DNA of 60,393 nucleotides, the filler included, from Basidiobolus ranarum (Eukaryota): NCBI GenBank assembly GCA_040143965.1. It is 12 parts of 12 records of this genome, joined end to end, with 100 filler letters (N's around TTAATTAATTAA, not from the genome) between each part and the next. Parts side by side here need not be neighbours in the genome. Positions count along the whole stretch, not along the records: positions 45,394 to 50,329 come from JASJQH010001778.1; positions 50,430 to 55,363 come from JASJQH010001779.1; positions 55,464 to 60,393 come from JASJQH010001780.1; 9 more parts are not named here. One strand, written 5' to 3'. The position numbers and the translations under genes are program-made. The notes beneath the pieces are model-generated. The model was not told the DNA's origin and searched no databases. It saw only the letters and a list, made by a program, of their open reading frames with translations. Below are positions 47,990 through 59,163 of the stretch, in pieces. The first letter of the stretch is position 1. Every line of letters begins with the position of its first letter.

Positions 47990-48815
47990 TAGTTATTTAA
48001 GTTGTACATTAGCAAAAGGTTTGGTGAAGATATCAGTGATCATTTCTTAGGGCATCAGACAGGATTGACTACATCATTCTCCATTGCCTTTCTAGCAAAA
48101 CAATGCCAAATATTCAAATATTTAGAAGTAGAAAGAAGAATAGGGTTCTAGCTAAAAAAACAACTTTGTTTAACTACAAGTTGAGTTATAGCTGGTTTTT
48201 GCATGTATCCTAAGTTATTAAGATACTTTCTGTACCACATGACTGATAAAATTATTCAGAGGATTTGGAGATGTATTGGACAAGATTTGGATTTGTGAAT
48301 TAGACACTTGAGTTGTATTGAATATAATATATCCTATTTATGGTTTACTATGAGGTAAGACTATTGGATTTGCCTAGATTACTAGAAACATGCCTGTAAA
48401 GCATGGATGAAAATTTGAGGTGATTTGGAGAAGTTTTGAGAAACTGGTGAAAAATGGTAAAAGTGATCTAATTGATACTTCAATCAATTGTAGTAATAAT
48501 CACACATTTTTTAATGACAGAATTGAGTGCTAAATAATCAAAATATGAATAAACTAATTGTTAAATAATGAGTTGCCATTTACCTAATTTCAACATTCCA
48601 ACATAACAAATCATTTTGTATTTCTCTTACACCTAACTTATATCTTAATATTCCCACTTGTGCTTTAGCTACTGGTTTGGTTCATATGTCAGCTATCAGT
48701 TCTTCTGTAGGGCAATCAACAAGTTCAGTCATATCATTTTCTATTGCTCATCTAACAAAACAATGTCTAACATCAATATGCTTTGTACTATCATAAAATG
48801 TAGGGTTTTAGAAAA
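47990..48815 (-). mobile_element. Copia family B debris: RNase H remnant, full LTR-B (48244-48595), second RNase H remnant
   Basis: LTR TG(A)TAAAA...AATTTCAACA with DIFTKP-like coding on both sides. Confidence 0.8.
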
Positions 48816-48818
48816 TGC

Positions 48819-50329
48819 TGTTGAAATTTATTGTCCTTAACATATTTGTTATCTCTATCTTTATACACCTAACTATTTCATATATCACATATAAGTTAGT
48901 TAACATTACCTAGTCAAATATCACTTTGCTAAAATTGGAACATATATTATATATATGTGAATAATGGACTTGTTCCATTGTGCCAGGACTTATCGGACTT
49001 TGGATCAATATATTAGAGTAAATGTGATTGAAATTGATCATGCTGGAGGGTAATGGATAGTGCAAAATTGTGCCGCATAAATTTTAGAATATTTTATCCA
49101 ATATGATATACACAGCATAATCTGGCACTATCACAGAGAACAAGTCCAATGTGAGAATTAGCAATTCCATACTGGAAATTTCAAACTTGTCCAAATTGCC
49201 CTAAATATAGATCATTTTACTCCCACAGATGTTCTGAGCACAATCCCAGTGTTAGTTTTCTGTATTTCAACCAAAATGTATAAATACTTTATTTCTGGAC
49301 AATAAACAATTATCTCATAGAAATATTCTTGACTCCACTTTTCTAAAGTTCCTCCAAACAGCCCATATTTTCCCAATAGGTTATGAGCCCCATGTTCTAA
49401 CCTTTACTGCACAACAGAAACCACTACTACCGCTTTATTAACGCAAGTGTTGCAAAGCTGTATGAAGAAAATTACAATATCTGGAAGTTCAAGATGCAAA
49501 TCATGCTGGAAGACAGGGAGCTTTGGGATGTAGTCTCTGGAGATGAAAAGGAACTGTCTGACCCTTCTTTACTGGAAGCTTACAAGAAAAGAGACAAGAA
49601 GGCCTTTGATATCATTTGTCAAAGTTTGAAGGATTCACAACTTGTGAATATTCAATATGCAAAGACTTACCATCGAGCTTGGACTATATTGGAAGAGTGT
49701 TATCAAGCAAAGAGTCTTGCTAATAGACTCTTTCTTTGACAAATATTCTTCAATATAAAGATGGTAAAGTCTAAAACCATGGTTACTCATATTGAAAAAT
49801 GTGAGATCTTTGGCAAAACAACTGGAAAATATTAGTACAACTTTACAGGAAAAAGATGTCATTATGACTCTTCTAAGTAGTCCACCAGAACAGTACACAA
49901 ACTTGGTCACAGCTTTGGAAGCAAGATCTGATAAGTTGTCTTTGGAGTTTGTGGTGACAAGCCTAATAGATAAACACCTCAGAAGTAAGAATTTGGAAAA
50001 GAATCTGAGGAAGTAGCTCTTTTTAGAGCTGGAAAAGATAGCTTTGGCAATACAAAGGTTACTAAAGAAAGAAAGTAGATTTATGCTATGGTTGTAACAA
50101 ACCAGGACAACAGTTAAAAGATTGCAAATCAAGAAATTACAACAAAAATGAGAAGTCCAAACAGGCAAATCAGGTTTCTACCAAAGAGGAAGTTTTATTC
50201 ATTTCTGCCCTATCAGTGACATCTGAACAAGACAGTAGGTTGTGGTATATTAATTCTGGCACCTGTCAACATTTCTCTAATCAAAAAACTGGTTTAAGAC
50301 ACTCAAAACTGACATAAACAAGATGGTTT
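48819..50329 (+). mobile_element. Copia family C: 5' LTR (48819-49378), PBS, gag-protease pseudogene
   Basis: TGTTGAAA start and PBS GGTTATGAGCCC at 49379. Coding reads KLYEENYNIWKFKMQIMLEDRELWDVV, a zinc knuckle CYGCNKPG...DC and the protease motif WYINSGTCQH. Confidence 0.92.
48966..49147 (+). mobile_element. 182-bp MITE (PIF/Harbinger-like) with perfect 10-bp TIRs and AAT TSD
   Basis: AAT|GGACTTGTTC...GAACAAGTCC|AAT. Confidence 0.88.
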
Positions 50330-50429
50330 NNNNNNNNNNNNNNNNNNNNNNNNNNNNNNNNNNNNNNNNNNNNTTAATTAATTAANNNNNNNNNNNNNNN
50401 NNNNNNNNNNNNNNNNNNNNNNNNNNNNN

Positions 50430-50600
50430 GATATGTGTTGAATAAGATGAAGAGAATCTGGTTTATCTCGCTTGAAATATTGATGTGAATTGAATACCGA
50501 TGAAGTAACACTCTGCCTTGTCCTTCGCCAGTCAGAAACTCTTTCAAATCGGCAAATCTATTCAAGACAATTTATTAATAATATGTTGTTGAATGTCTAC
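50430..50600 (-). pseudogene. HSF-domain gene remnant (copy A)
   Basis: Exon reads ICRFERVSDWRRTRQS...SHQYFKRDKPDSLHLIQHI. The preceding DBD exon was not found upstream. Confidence 0.7.
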
Positions 50601-53023
50601 TGTGTTGTACCGATATGGCATGATTGACAGTGCAGCTCTATTGTTACTTATGGTATTTCTGATGATATATCAACCAGTAAGAGCATAAAGCACCTAAGCA
50701 AACAAGAGTGGTTAAAGATGATCAGTGACTGAGGGAACAGTCATGTTGTAACAATAGATTCATCACTTGTTGGATCGGATAAGCTGAGCTGAGATAATAG
50801 AGCATTGGTGATGAGATGTTCAAAATTTATGAGCAAATTATAAATGGTTTTGATTTCTTCAAACTACATTAGGTTGATGACCTGTCCAGTATAATGTCTG
50901 ATTACGCAATATTTGGGCTGTTTGGATGGCAGTTACCTCCTCCAGGGTTGAGTATGGTGCTTGATTCTATGGCCATGTTGAAGTATTGTCGCTGATGTGC
51001 CAACTTTACTTGCTCAACCAGCCTGCGTGTGTTGTACAGTGGGTATGCGGCATATATAGTTAGTGCATAGATAGTTGGTGCGTGCAGATCTGCTCAAGAT
51101 ATGGCAAAACATGAGACATTGGAAAATAAGGGATCTTAGTGTATTTCTGATCTATAATGACTTATTAGCAGGTCTAATTGATCAATGACTTACTAAGCAC
51201 TCGGATACATGACAGGTCTATTATTGATACTAACCTTAATTAAACAAGTAAATTACTCTATCAACTTATGGATACACTGCCCTTTTAATGCTTGCATGAT
51301 TAGTAATATTACCCTACTGCGCATTGACTTCATAGGAACTAATGAGACATTTATATAAAACTGGACAATGTCTTAAGAAGCATGTTTCAATTGCATCATG
51401 TCATTACTATGATTAGTACATTTGAAACATTGAAGCATTACTTATTTTCTCCTCCGGTTTTACTCTACACCATTTTCAACCTGAGCAGATAGCCTGACCA
51501 GATGGAAGGATTATAATAGTACTGGTATTGATGTGAATCAGATACTATCATGACAACATTTCAAAATGATGAAAATATCTTGAAATATACTTGATAGCAT
51601 AAATAGCATGGTGCATTGTGTCATTGCTAAAGTAAATCTTCACTATCTTATCAAGTCAATTAATATTACTGCGCAAGTATACTTCCCTGTGTTACCATCT
51701 TTCATGCATGCATAATGTGCACTAGTACTAATTTTTGTGAAATACATTCAATTCCTTGGAATAACCAGTTAATATATTTCATGCCCCAGAATTCATGTTA
51801 CATTGAGTAATACTCCAAAGGGTATAGTAAGAAATAGTGGAATGATTTTTATCATGTCTTGGTGCAACTTGGTACTTGGATCTTAAGCACTTAAATGCTA
51901 GATGATAGTAGATTAAATGAATCAATGCTCGTCTGGTCATAAAGAATACATTTAAGTGAAAGCACAGAAAATTAACTGTATTCAAAAACTTCCTTAACAA
52001 AATGAATGTTTCTTTATACTTAGCCACACATAGCTAAGGTGAATAGCCATAAAAAGGAGTATCCAAACAAGTACTCAATCTTATTAGTTATAGACACAAT
52101 TATATGAAAACTTTATCGACTTGAGCTGCAACATTTTTCATATGTAATACTGAGCCCGTTCGGTCATATTTTTATACTCCATTGTAGAACAAGCTTGAGT
52201 TGATTCCCCCATGATAGATAACTGACTCTAAACTTTCAATCAGATCATATTAAAGTAAGGTGTAAACTAGGCAGTTTTGTGTTTGCCTATCACGATAGAT
52301 ATCCTACTCCACACTTTTGTCCAGGTCATATTAGAGTAAGCTGTAAACCAGATATTTCTGTTTTACTATCCGCGTTGGTCAGGCTTAGGGCTGATTTTGT
52401 GGCTGTTGCGTCGTCACATTGTGCTCTGTTGGTTACCCATATATCATGAAAAAGTGCATTTGGCGATTGAACTTGGGCCTTGGACCATGCGGGCTATATA
52501 TAGCTGCTGTTGGCTTTACCGTTTCTAGAGTTGGCTAAAGTGAGTTTTGTAAGTCTGATGATACATTCACAAACGATTCCCACTAGCGGGGATAAAAAGG
52601 ATCAGTGTTAAAATAATGTATTGGTGTAGCAATGGATCAAATACTCCTTTGTCACTAACTGATTGTCAGATAAGAGTGAGAGCTAGGAAGAAGAAACGGA
52701 GGAAGTCAATAACGTTAAAAACGATCTGTTTCTTACTATTCATATCACATAATGATAGTAAATGGTCACAAAAAGAGGATCAGGACAAGTACTTGATCAT
52801 GATGGCTATAAATCCAATTCAAAATAGCATTTAGTTCCACGAACAAATTGGTTTATTCTGTTAGTGTCTACAGAGCCTGAACTGTTAACGAATATCATGT
52901 GGACAATTTTCATACAGAACCGCCTCGTCAATGGTGACTCGGTTTATCTGCACTAAATTGGTGCGAAAGAGTAGTAAGTGTACTTCACAGTAATATTCAT
53001 CCATTACTGTCAATCTTAGGAAA

Positions 53024-53914
53024 TCATTCATTATCGTCCATAGATGAAGGATATGGGCAGAAATAAGAATATACATTGGGATTAGAATTAGCCCATAAAC
53101 CAAGTAAGCCATCTTCTAGTGAGATAGGCACGGTGAAAAAGGGGATTAAAAACTGTGACATATCATTAGTACAAGCTGCTTGATCTTTTACGAGAATATC
53201 AATATAGTATACTGAATCCTCTATTAAGTATTTGTAATACTCAATTGTCTTTCTCAAAGCTGCTACTTCACATTTAAGAGCCGTACAACTGGAAAACTCC
53301 ACTACTGTATCCTTGTTGCATATTGAGAGTAAACTGACGCGTGGAGTGGAGGATGATATTGATGAGAGTGGCGAAGTTAGTAATTTCGGTCTGATGTCTT
53401 TATTTTCAGCTAGAGTTGGGACCTGGTTTCTCACTTTAGAGTATGGACTCGATATGCGTTGAATAAGGAGCAGGGAATCTGGTTGATCTCGCTTGAAATA
53501 TTGATGTGAGTAAATCATCCATGATGTAACACCACTCTGCTTTGTTCTACGCCGGTCAGAAACTCTTTCAAATCCGTAATTCTATTCAAGGGAGTTGATT
53601 AATACTATATGGTCGAATGTTTCTATCTTCAAAGATTTACATTGAGTTGACGAGTGAAGGAGGCCAATTTACTAGTCTCGTAATACTGGGGAAGTACTTT
53701 GGAGGCAAATTCGATTGAGTCCTTAATGATAAAGCTGGTGCCAGACCATTCCCACGATATTATATGAGAATAATTTGGCTCGGAAAGGATTCTACATAAT
53801 GGCTAATGTTAACAATGACCAATTTCTATGGGGAAATAGAGGCAAGAAATAGCGTCACTTTACAAGACTTAGCACAAAAGGAGATATAAATCGGAGTTTC
53901 GTCAATCTGATGGT
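53024..53914 (-). CDS. Divergent HSF-type transcription factor (copy B); 5' exon(s) unresolved
   Basis: Spliced sequence SPFVLSLVK|ILSEPNYSHIISWEWSGTSFIIKDSIEFASKVLPQYYETSKLASFTRQLN|NYGFERVSD...YSHQYFKRDQPDSLLLIQR, then a Ser-rich linker and a coiled coil. Confidence 0.82.
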
Positions 53915-54699
53915 CTATTCACATATAAGATCCCCAATAGGGAATAAAGAGGATTATCATATCAGCTTTAAAATATGATGAATTGGCAGCATGATAATTC
54001 AAATTCTCATTCAACCAGTTGTCGGAGAAATATGAGATCTGGGAAGAAGAGTACTGAGGAACCTTTAGTGCTAGAATTGGTACTGTTAGATTAAACTGCT
54101 CAGTCAGCGATTCACTCAAGAGGTGTATGCTTCATGTCTATTCAACTCTAGTGGTGAGGGTTATCAATGAGAGGTATCCGCAACCACTTTGTGCAGTACA
54201 TCCATTGCTTAGTTTGCCATTGACTTAAGACATGATCTGTTCATTGATTGTAGCTGTAACAACAGTCATCATTTGATACATTATTTTGAAACTTATCCAG
54301 CAAAATGAGCTCCTCATATATATATATATGCTTGGACAGTGCCTTAGAAAGTAGGTTTCAAATAGCATAATATTGCAAATCTGATTGCTACATTTAAAAC
54401 ACTTATCTGATGTTGAGTCAGCTTGATATTATGTATTTTCTCCACCAGTTTCACTCAGTACCATTTTTATCCTGTATAGATAGATTGATTGTAACATACA
54501 TATGATTGGAATATCACTAGTACTGTACTATTTTATTACATCTTTTTGACTTGATGCTATTTGCTACTTTCATCTTTACTATTTATATGGAAATATATCT
54601 CTCTATATATATGTACATGATTCACAGCAACTTATTCCACCTCTTAACTAATAACATCTAGATCCGTGCGCTACGTGGTTGATTTATTGACAATAATAG

Positions 54700-55300
54700 A
54701 CGATGATCTACTAATAAACATGATAAAGCTATTTTCAAGTAGAGCTGTTTCAATAGTAAATCGGCTAATTTATATTGAATTGGTGCGAAAGAGTGGTAAG
54801 TGCTCTCCACAATATCGATAGTACAAGTTTTGGTTATTTGTGAGAATACCAATATAATTTACTGAATCCTCTATCAAAGACTTGTAGTACTCAATTGTCT
54901 TGCTCGAAGTTACTACTTCATGTTTAAGAGCAGCACAACTCAAGCAGTCCGCTGTTGCATCTTTCGGGTACATTGATTCACATCTATTTTGAGATACTGA
55001 GTGTAAACTGACGCGTTAAGTAGAGGATAATACTGATGAGAGTGGCGAAGGTAGTAAGGTAGACTTGATGTATTTAGTTTCCCCTAGAATTGAGACCTGG
55101 TTTCTTACTTTAGACTATGGACCCGATATGCGTTGAATAATCTGAAGGGAGTCAGGTTGATCTCGCTCGTAATATTGCAATAATAAAGCCGATGCCTGAT
55201 CGAAATAATTTAGTTCAGAGAGGGCTCTGAGAGGAACGAGAAGATGATGAAAGTAGAGTTACTTTACAAGATTCAGCGCAAAGAGAGGTCTGCAAAAGCT
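54700..55300 (-). pseudogene. HSF-domain pseudogene (copy C) with internal DBD deletion
   Basis: PLFALNLVK|ALSELNYF...QYYERDQPDSLQIIQRISGP* and CAALKHEV...TIEYYKSLIEDSV, paralogous to copy B. Confidence 0.8.
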
Positions 55301-55463
55301 ATGCTTGCCTAGCATTTTTGAGAGTGGTAGTCTATGTTTACAACACCAGATATATATTTGTATNNNNNNNNNNNNNNNNNNNNNNNNNNNNNNNNNNNNN
55401 NNNNNNNTTAATTAATTAANNNNNNNNNNNNNNNNNNNNNNNNNNNNNNNNNNNNNNNNNNNN

Positions 55464-55668
55464 ATAGAGTATCCTCATCCCAGACAATGGCTTTGGTGAT
55501 GTGTGCTGCAGTAAAGGTAAAGCCAGGAGTGGTTCCGGATTTGCGGCCGAAAAGACCACTAAGATTGGGGCCAACCTTATGAGCGCCACCTTGCTCCACA
55601 GTATGACATTGAGCACAACGAGTCTTGAAGAGCTTAGCTCCAGCTTTAGCGTCGCCAGTGGGTGCCAT
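55464..55668 (-). CDS. CYC1: Cytochrome c, 3'-truncated, divergent
   Basis: [45 protein letters not shown], containing CxxCH. Confidence 0.95.
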
Positions 55669-57576
55669 TTTAGAAATAATATATATCAAGCAAAGTTAGA
55701 TGCCTATACTCCCCGCGATAATTCGTGGAATTTATAGTTGACCACTTGACGAAAATATCATTTTCATTTGCAAGCTCAGCTTGAAAGATCATTTGTGCGA
55801 TCCACGTTGTATACGCTTACCAAAACTACACCTCAATACACCAATTGTGGAGTATACTCAAGACTACGATGCTGCCAATGATCCATGACGTGCAAAGTGG
55901 TGTATCCTGCTTCAATTGGACATTACTATTACTATTCTCGAAACCATTGGCTATGTCCTGCCCCATAATTGCACGATACCTCAAGCATCAGCCCCAACAT
56001 ACAGCTTTTGATTCGCTAGAGCCGCAGTTCGAGTACCGAGATACTCCTAACTCCTGGATCGCTATTGAGGGCTAATGGAGCCCCACAGTGATCTGTCGCC
56101 CGTTTTAACAACAGGAAAGAGGCCGCTCTTGAACTCTGGCCAACTCACTCTTAGTATCTTATGACGACTGCCATTGATTACTAGCTACTGTGACATTGGT
56201 GGGTGGTTCAGGATAGCAGGCGAAAGGGATCACAGTGTTGCCAAATTCCTCGGTGCCATTCAATTTCGAGACACGAAGCTGTGCAGGTATAATCGCCAAG
56301 ATCATGACTACTCAGTGACACTAGTGTACTTCATTTGGAAGTGAGCTCACCTCGGTTTCAACTGGATTTGAAATCTGCCAAATGCTGATTTTAAATCAGT
56401 CGTATAAGCTGGAGGTGCAGAGATCGAGAGATCTATTTGAGCGAGGTTTCCCACATCGGATGGGCAGCTTCACCCAAGATTTCTGGATCATTTGACCTAC
56501 ACCCCAAGTGGATTATTCAATAAATTCACATTTCCAGTTTGTGGGTTGTGTCCGCTGAGTGTTACATCACCAAACTGGAAGGGAATGCGCCAGTGTGTCT
56601 AGAGAGCTCTAGATTCGAATTTTACACCGCGGATATATGTACGTTCCACATAAACTTTCTTTTTATTTGTAAAGCTACCGTTGTTGCTATATATGGTTCT
56701 AGGATATGAAAAGGGTTGGTTTGGTCGCTATTTGTCAGAATAACCCATCCTTTTCTGGCAGACGGTGTTTGGCACTGTAACGTGCCAGTTGGGTATGAGA
56801 ATATTTACTACAAACATGTGACGAAAGGCATTCGAAGTAGTCTCCAAAAGACAAATAAAACGCAAGAGTAGATTGTTTTGGCCCCTAAGAGGGATTTCTG
56901 GTAGGAGAGCCCTGCACTGTTGGGCGAGTCAGTGGGGGACTTACAAATACAGGAGCATTGTGTTCAGAGTAACTTGGTGAGCCTATTTTGATTTGGAAAT
57001 TCAACCCGTCATTATACACTCACAGACGTTGAGACAGGAGCTGAGGGTAGCCAGCTTGGTGCTTACTATGCAATGAACACAATGATTCTATTGAATGATG
57101 TAAACGAAGAGTCAGCGCAGCATTCAGGATCAGGTGAGACGAATCAAACATAGAATCATTCAAGTTGGATTTGGTTCACAACTGGTTGGCTGCTTTTACT
57201 GAAAATCGGGCTCTGTGCACTGGAGTTTCTTCCAGCCAGGTTGTGAAAATGCGTCGTCTAGATTTGGTAGTTAACCTGATATGTAAATGAATCCCAGTCT
57301 TCCAACTTATATTGCGGTTAGTATTGTCTAGGTAACAGATGATCCTCTTAGTACTAAACGAAATTCTAGAGATTGATCAACTTTGATAGTGCCTTAGAGT
57401 TAGGTAAGAAATAGCTGCTATTTTGGGAATATTTATCGATGGAAGGGGAGGGTTCTCGGTGTCGGATTATTTCAATCTCCTATCAGGTGAATGCAACCGA
57501 CTTTCCGTGAACATATTATTAATAAAAAATCGTTGAACAATATTGTCTTCAAGTTTTGCGAAATTACTTGGTAACT

Positions 57577-58452
57577 ATGAGTAAGCTCACCCAAAGAAAA
57601 CCAGTTCAAACGGAGGTGGAAAAGGAAACCACCTCGAACGCTTCAACCCAGGAGGCCAAAGTAACTCATGGAACAGCTTTGAAAATCATTAAGGATATAT
57701 TTAGTGGGTTCTTTGTGATTCTCGCAATATTTTTCGTTGCTTCTTACATCATAACGGATACCTTTACTTGGGGTTTTCAGAACAAATACACAAACTGGCG
57801 TAACTGGATCCCGGTAAGTCATACTCCACCATTTTAGATGTTCTCATCCTCTCTGCTGACCATATACTTATCCAACGTAGAGGGAGAAACTTGTACTTTC
57901 AGAGGCAGAACTCAGTCGCTATAACGGAGTGGACCCTAATCTTCCTATATATGTTGCTTTAGAGTAAGTATCTATGAAATGTATCATCCCGCTATGACTA
58001 ACTTTTTGTTTTATTAGTGGTGAAGTTTATGATGTAACCGCTGGTAGAGGATACTACGCAAAAGTAACATTAGTTTTTATCTTTAAACATAGTTGTAATG
58101 AACTCTAACTAACTAACCTACCTTACAGGGAGGAAGTTACGGATTTTTTTCTGGACGTGATGCCGCTCGTGCCTACATAACAGGTTGTTTTGATACTCAT
58201 CTTACACATGATCTACGAGGATTAAGTAAAGCTCAATTACAAGTAAGTGCCATCTTTATTATGAGAATTTCGAGCCGTATAAAACTGACAAGCCAAATCA
58301 ACTAGGGTTTGAAAGGATGGAAGAGCTTTTACGAAAATCATCGTACTTATTATCATGTTGGGAAAGTAATTCACCCACCAATTGATCCAAAATCACCTAT
58401 TCCCCCCGATTGCAAAGGCGGTTCCACTTACGACCCTCAAGCCAACTTATAA
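57577..58452 (+). CDS. Cytochrome b5-like heme/steroid-binding (MAPR family) membrane protein, 5 exons
   Basis: Exons 57577-57813, 57881-57963, 58018-58063, 58129-58222 and 58306-58452. N-terminal TM segment, then ELSRYNGVDPNLPIYVALDGEVYDVT, YGFFSGRDAARAYITGCF and YYHVGKV. Confidence 0.93.
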
Positions 58453-59163
58453 TGAGTGTCCACCGTTAAACTGTGGCTGATGTTAAATTTTTGTTTATCT
58501 ACATCTCAACAGAGAAACTTCATTTCTGTTGTTGTTATTGCTCTAGAACTCTCTTGCGTAGAATGGTTCTTTTTTATCAATATACTATGACTCAATGGAG
58601 TTGAAGCCGTTTTCGTGAATAGCAAAATATGTTAGTAGCATTAAAGTGTTTGAAAGAATTTCTTTGAAGTTACGGAATGGTCAACATATTTTTGAATTAA
58701 CATGACCCAGAATTCGGCACTGAGTTTAAGAAAGGATGATGTGAAATGCATATGAATAATGATATGAATCCTACACAGGCTAGAAAAGTGGTGTCCAAAG
58801 AGAGAACATCCAGTAGTTTGGTCATTGGGGCCAAGTTATGAGATTCTTGTATAGCAGATAGGGTTGATTTTCGCCCTCCCACCGCGATTTTCAGTATTGT
58901 GACATAATTCAAAAGGTGTTTCATTCAATTAGTCTTTATGCTCTTAATTATTAGAGGTCAAGTTCATTCTAAGTAAACATGCTATTGCTCAAAATGATTT
59001 ACTGAATCCACATGAAATAGAAGCTATGGTTATATAACGATACTACGCTGCATAGTCGCTGATTGGTGAGTTTACGAAGAGTTCACCATTAACAGGAGAA
59101 AGATCTTGGCCGCAAGTGAGAAGAAATGGTTCATACCATAATCACATTTGGAGTTAAATAGCA

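Noticed and set aside
52238..52365. Short imperfect direct repeat (TCATATTA.AGTAAG.TGTAAAC, two copies); also a 17-bp duplication at 29952-29984 and (TAT)n in the RPS23 intron
   Set aside because: Ordinary local duplications or microsatellites with no further support.
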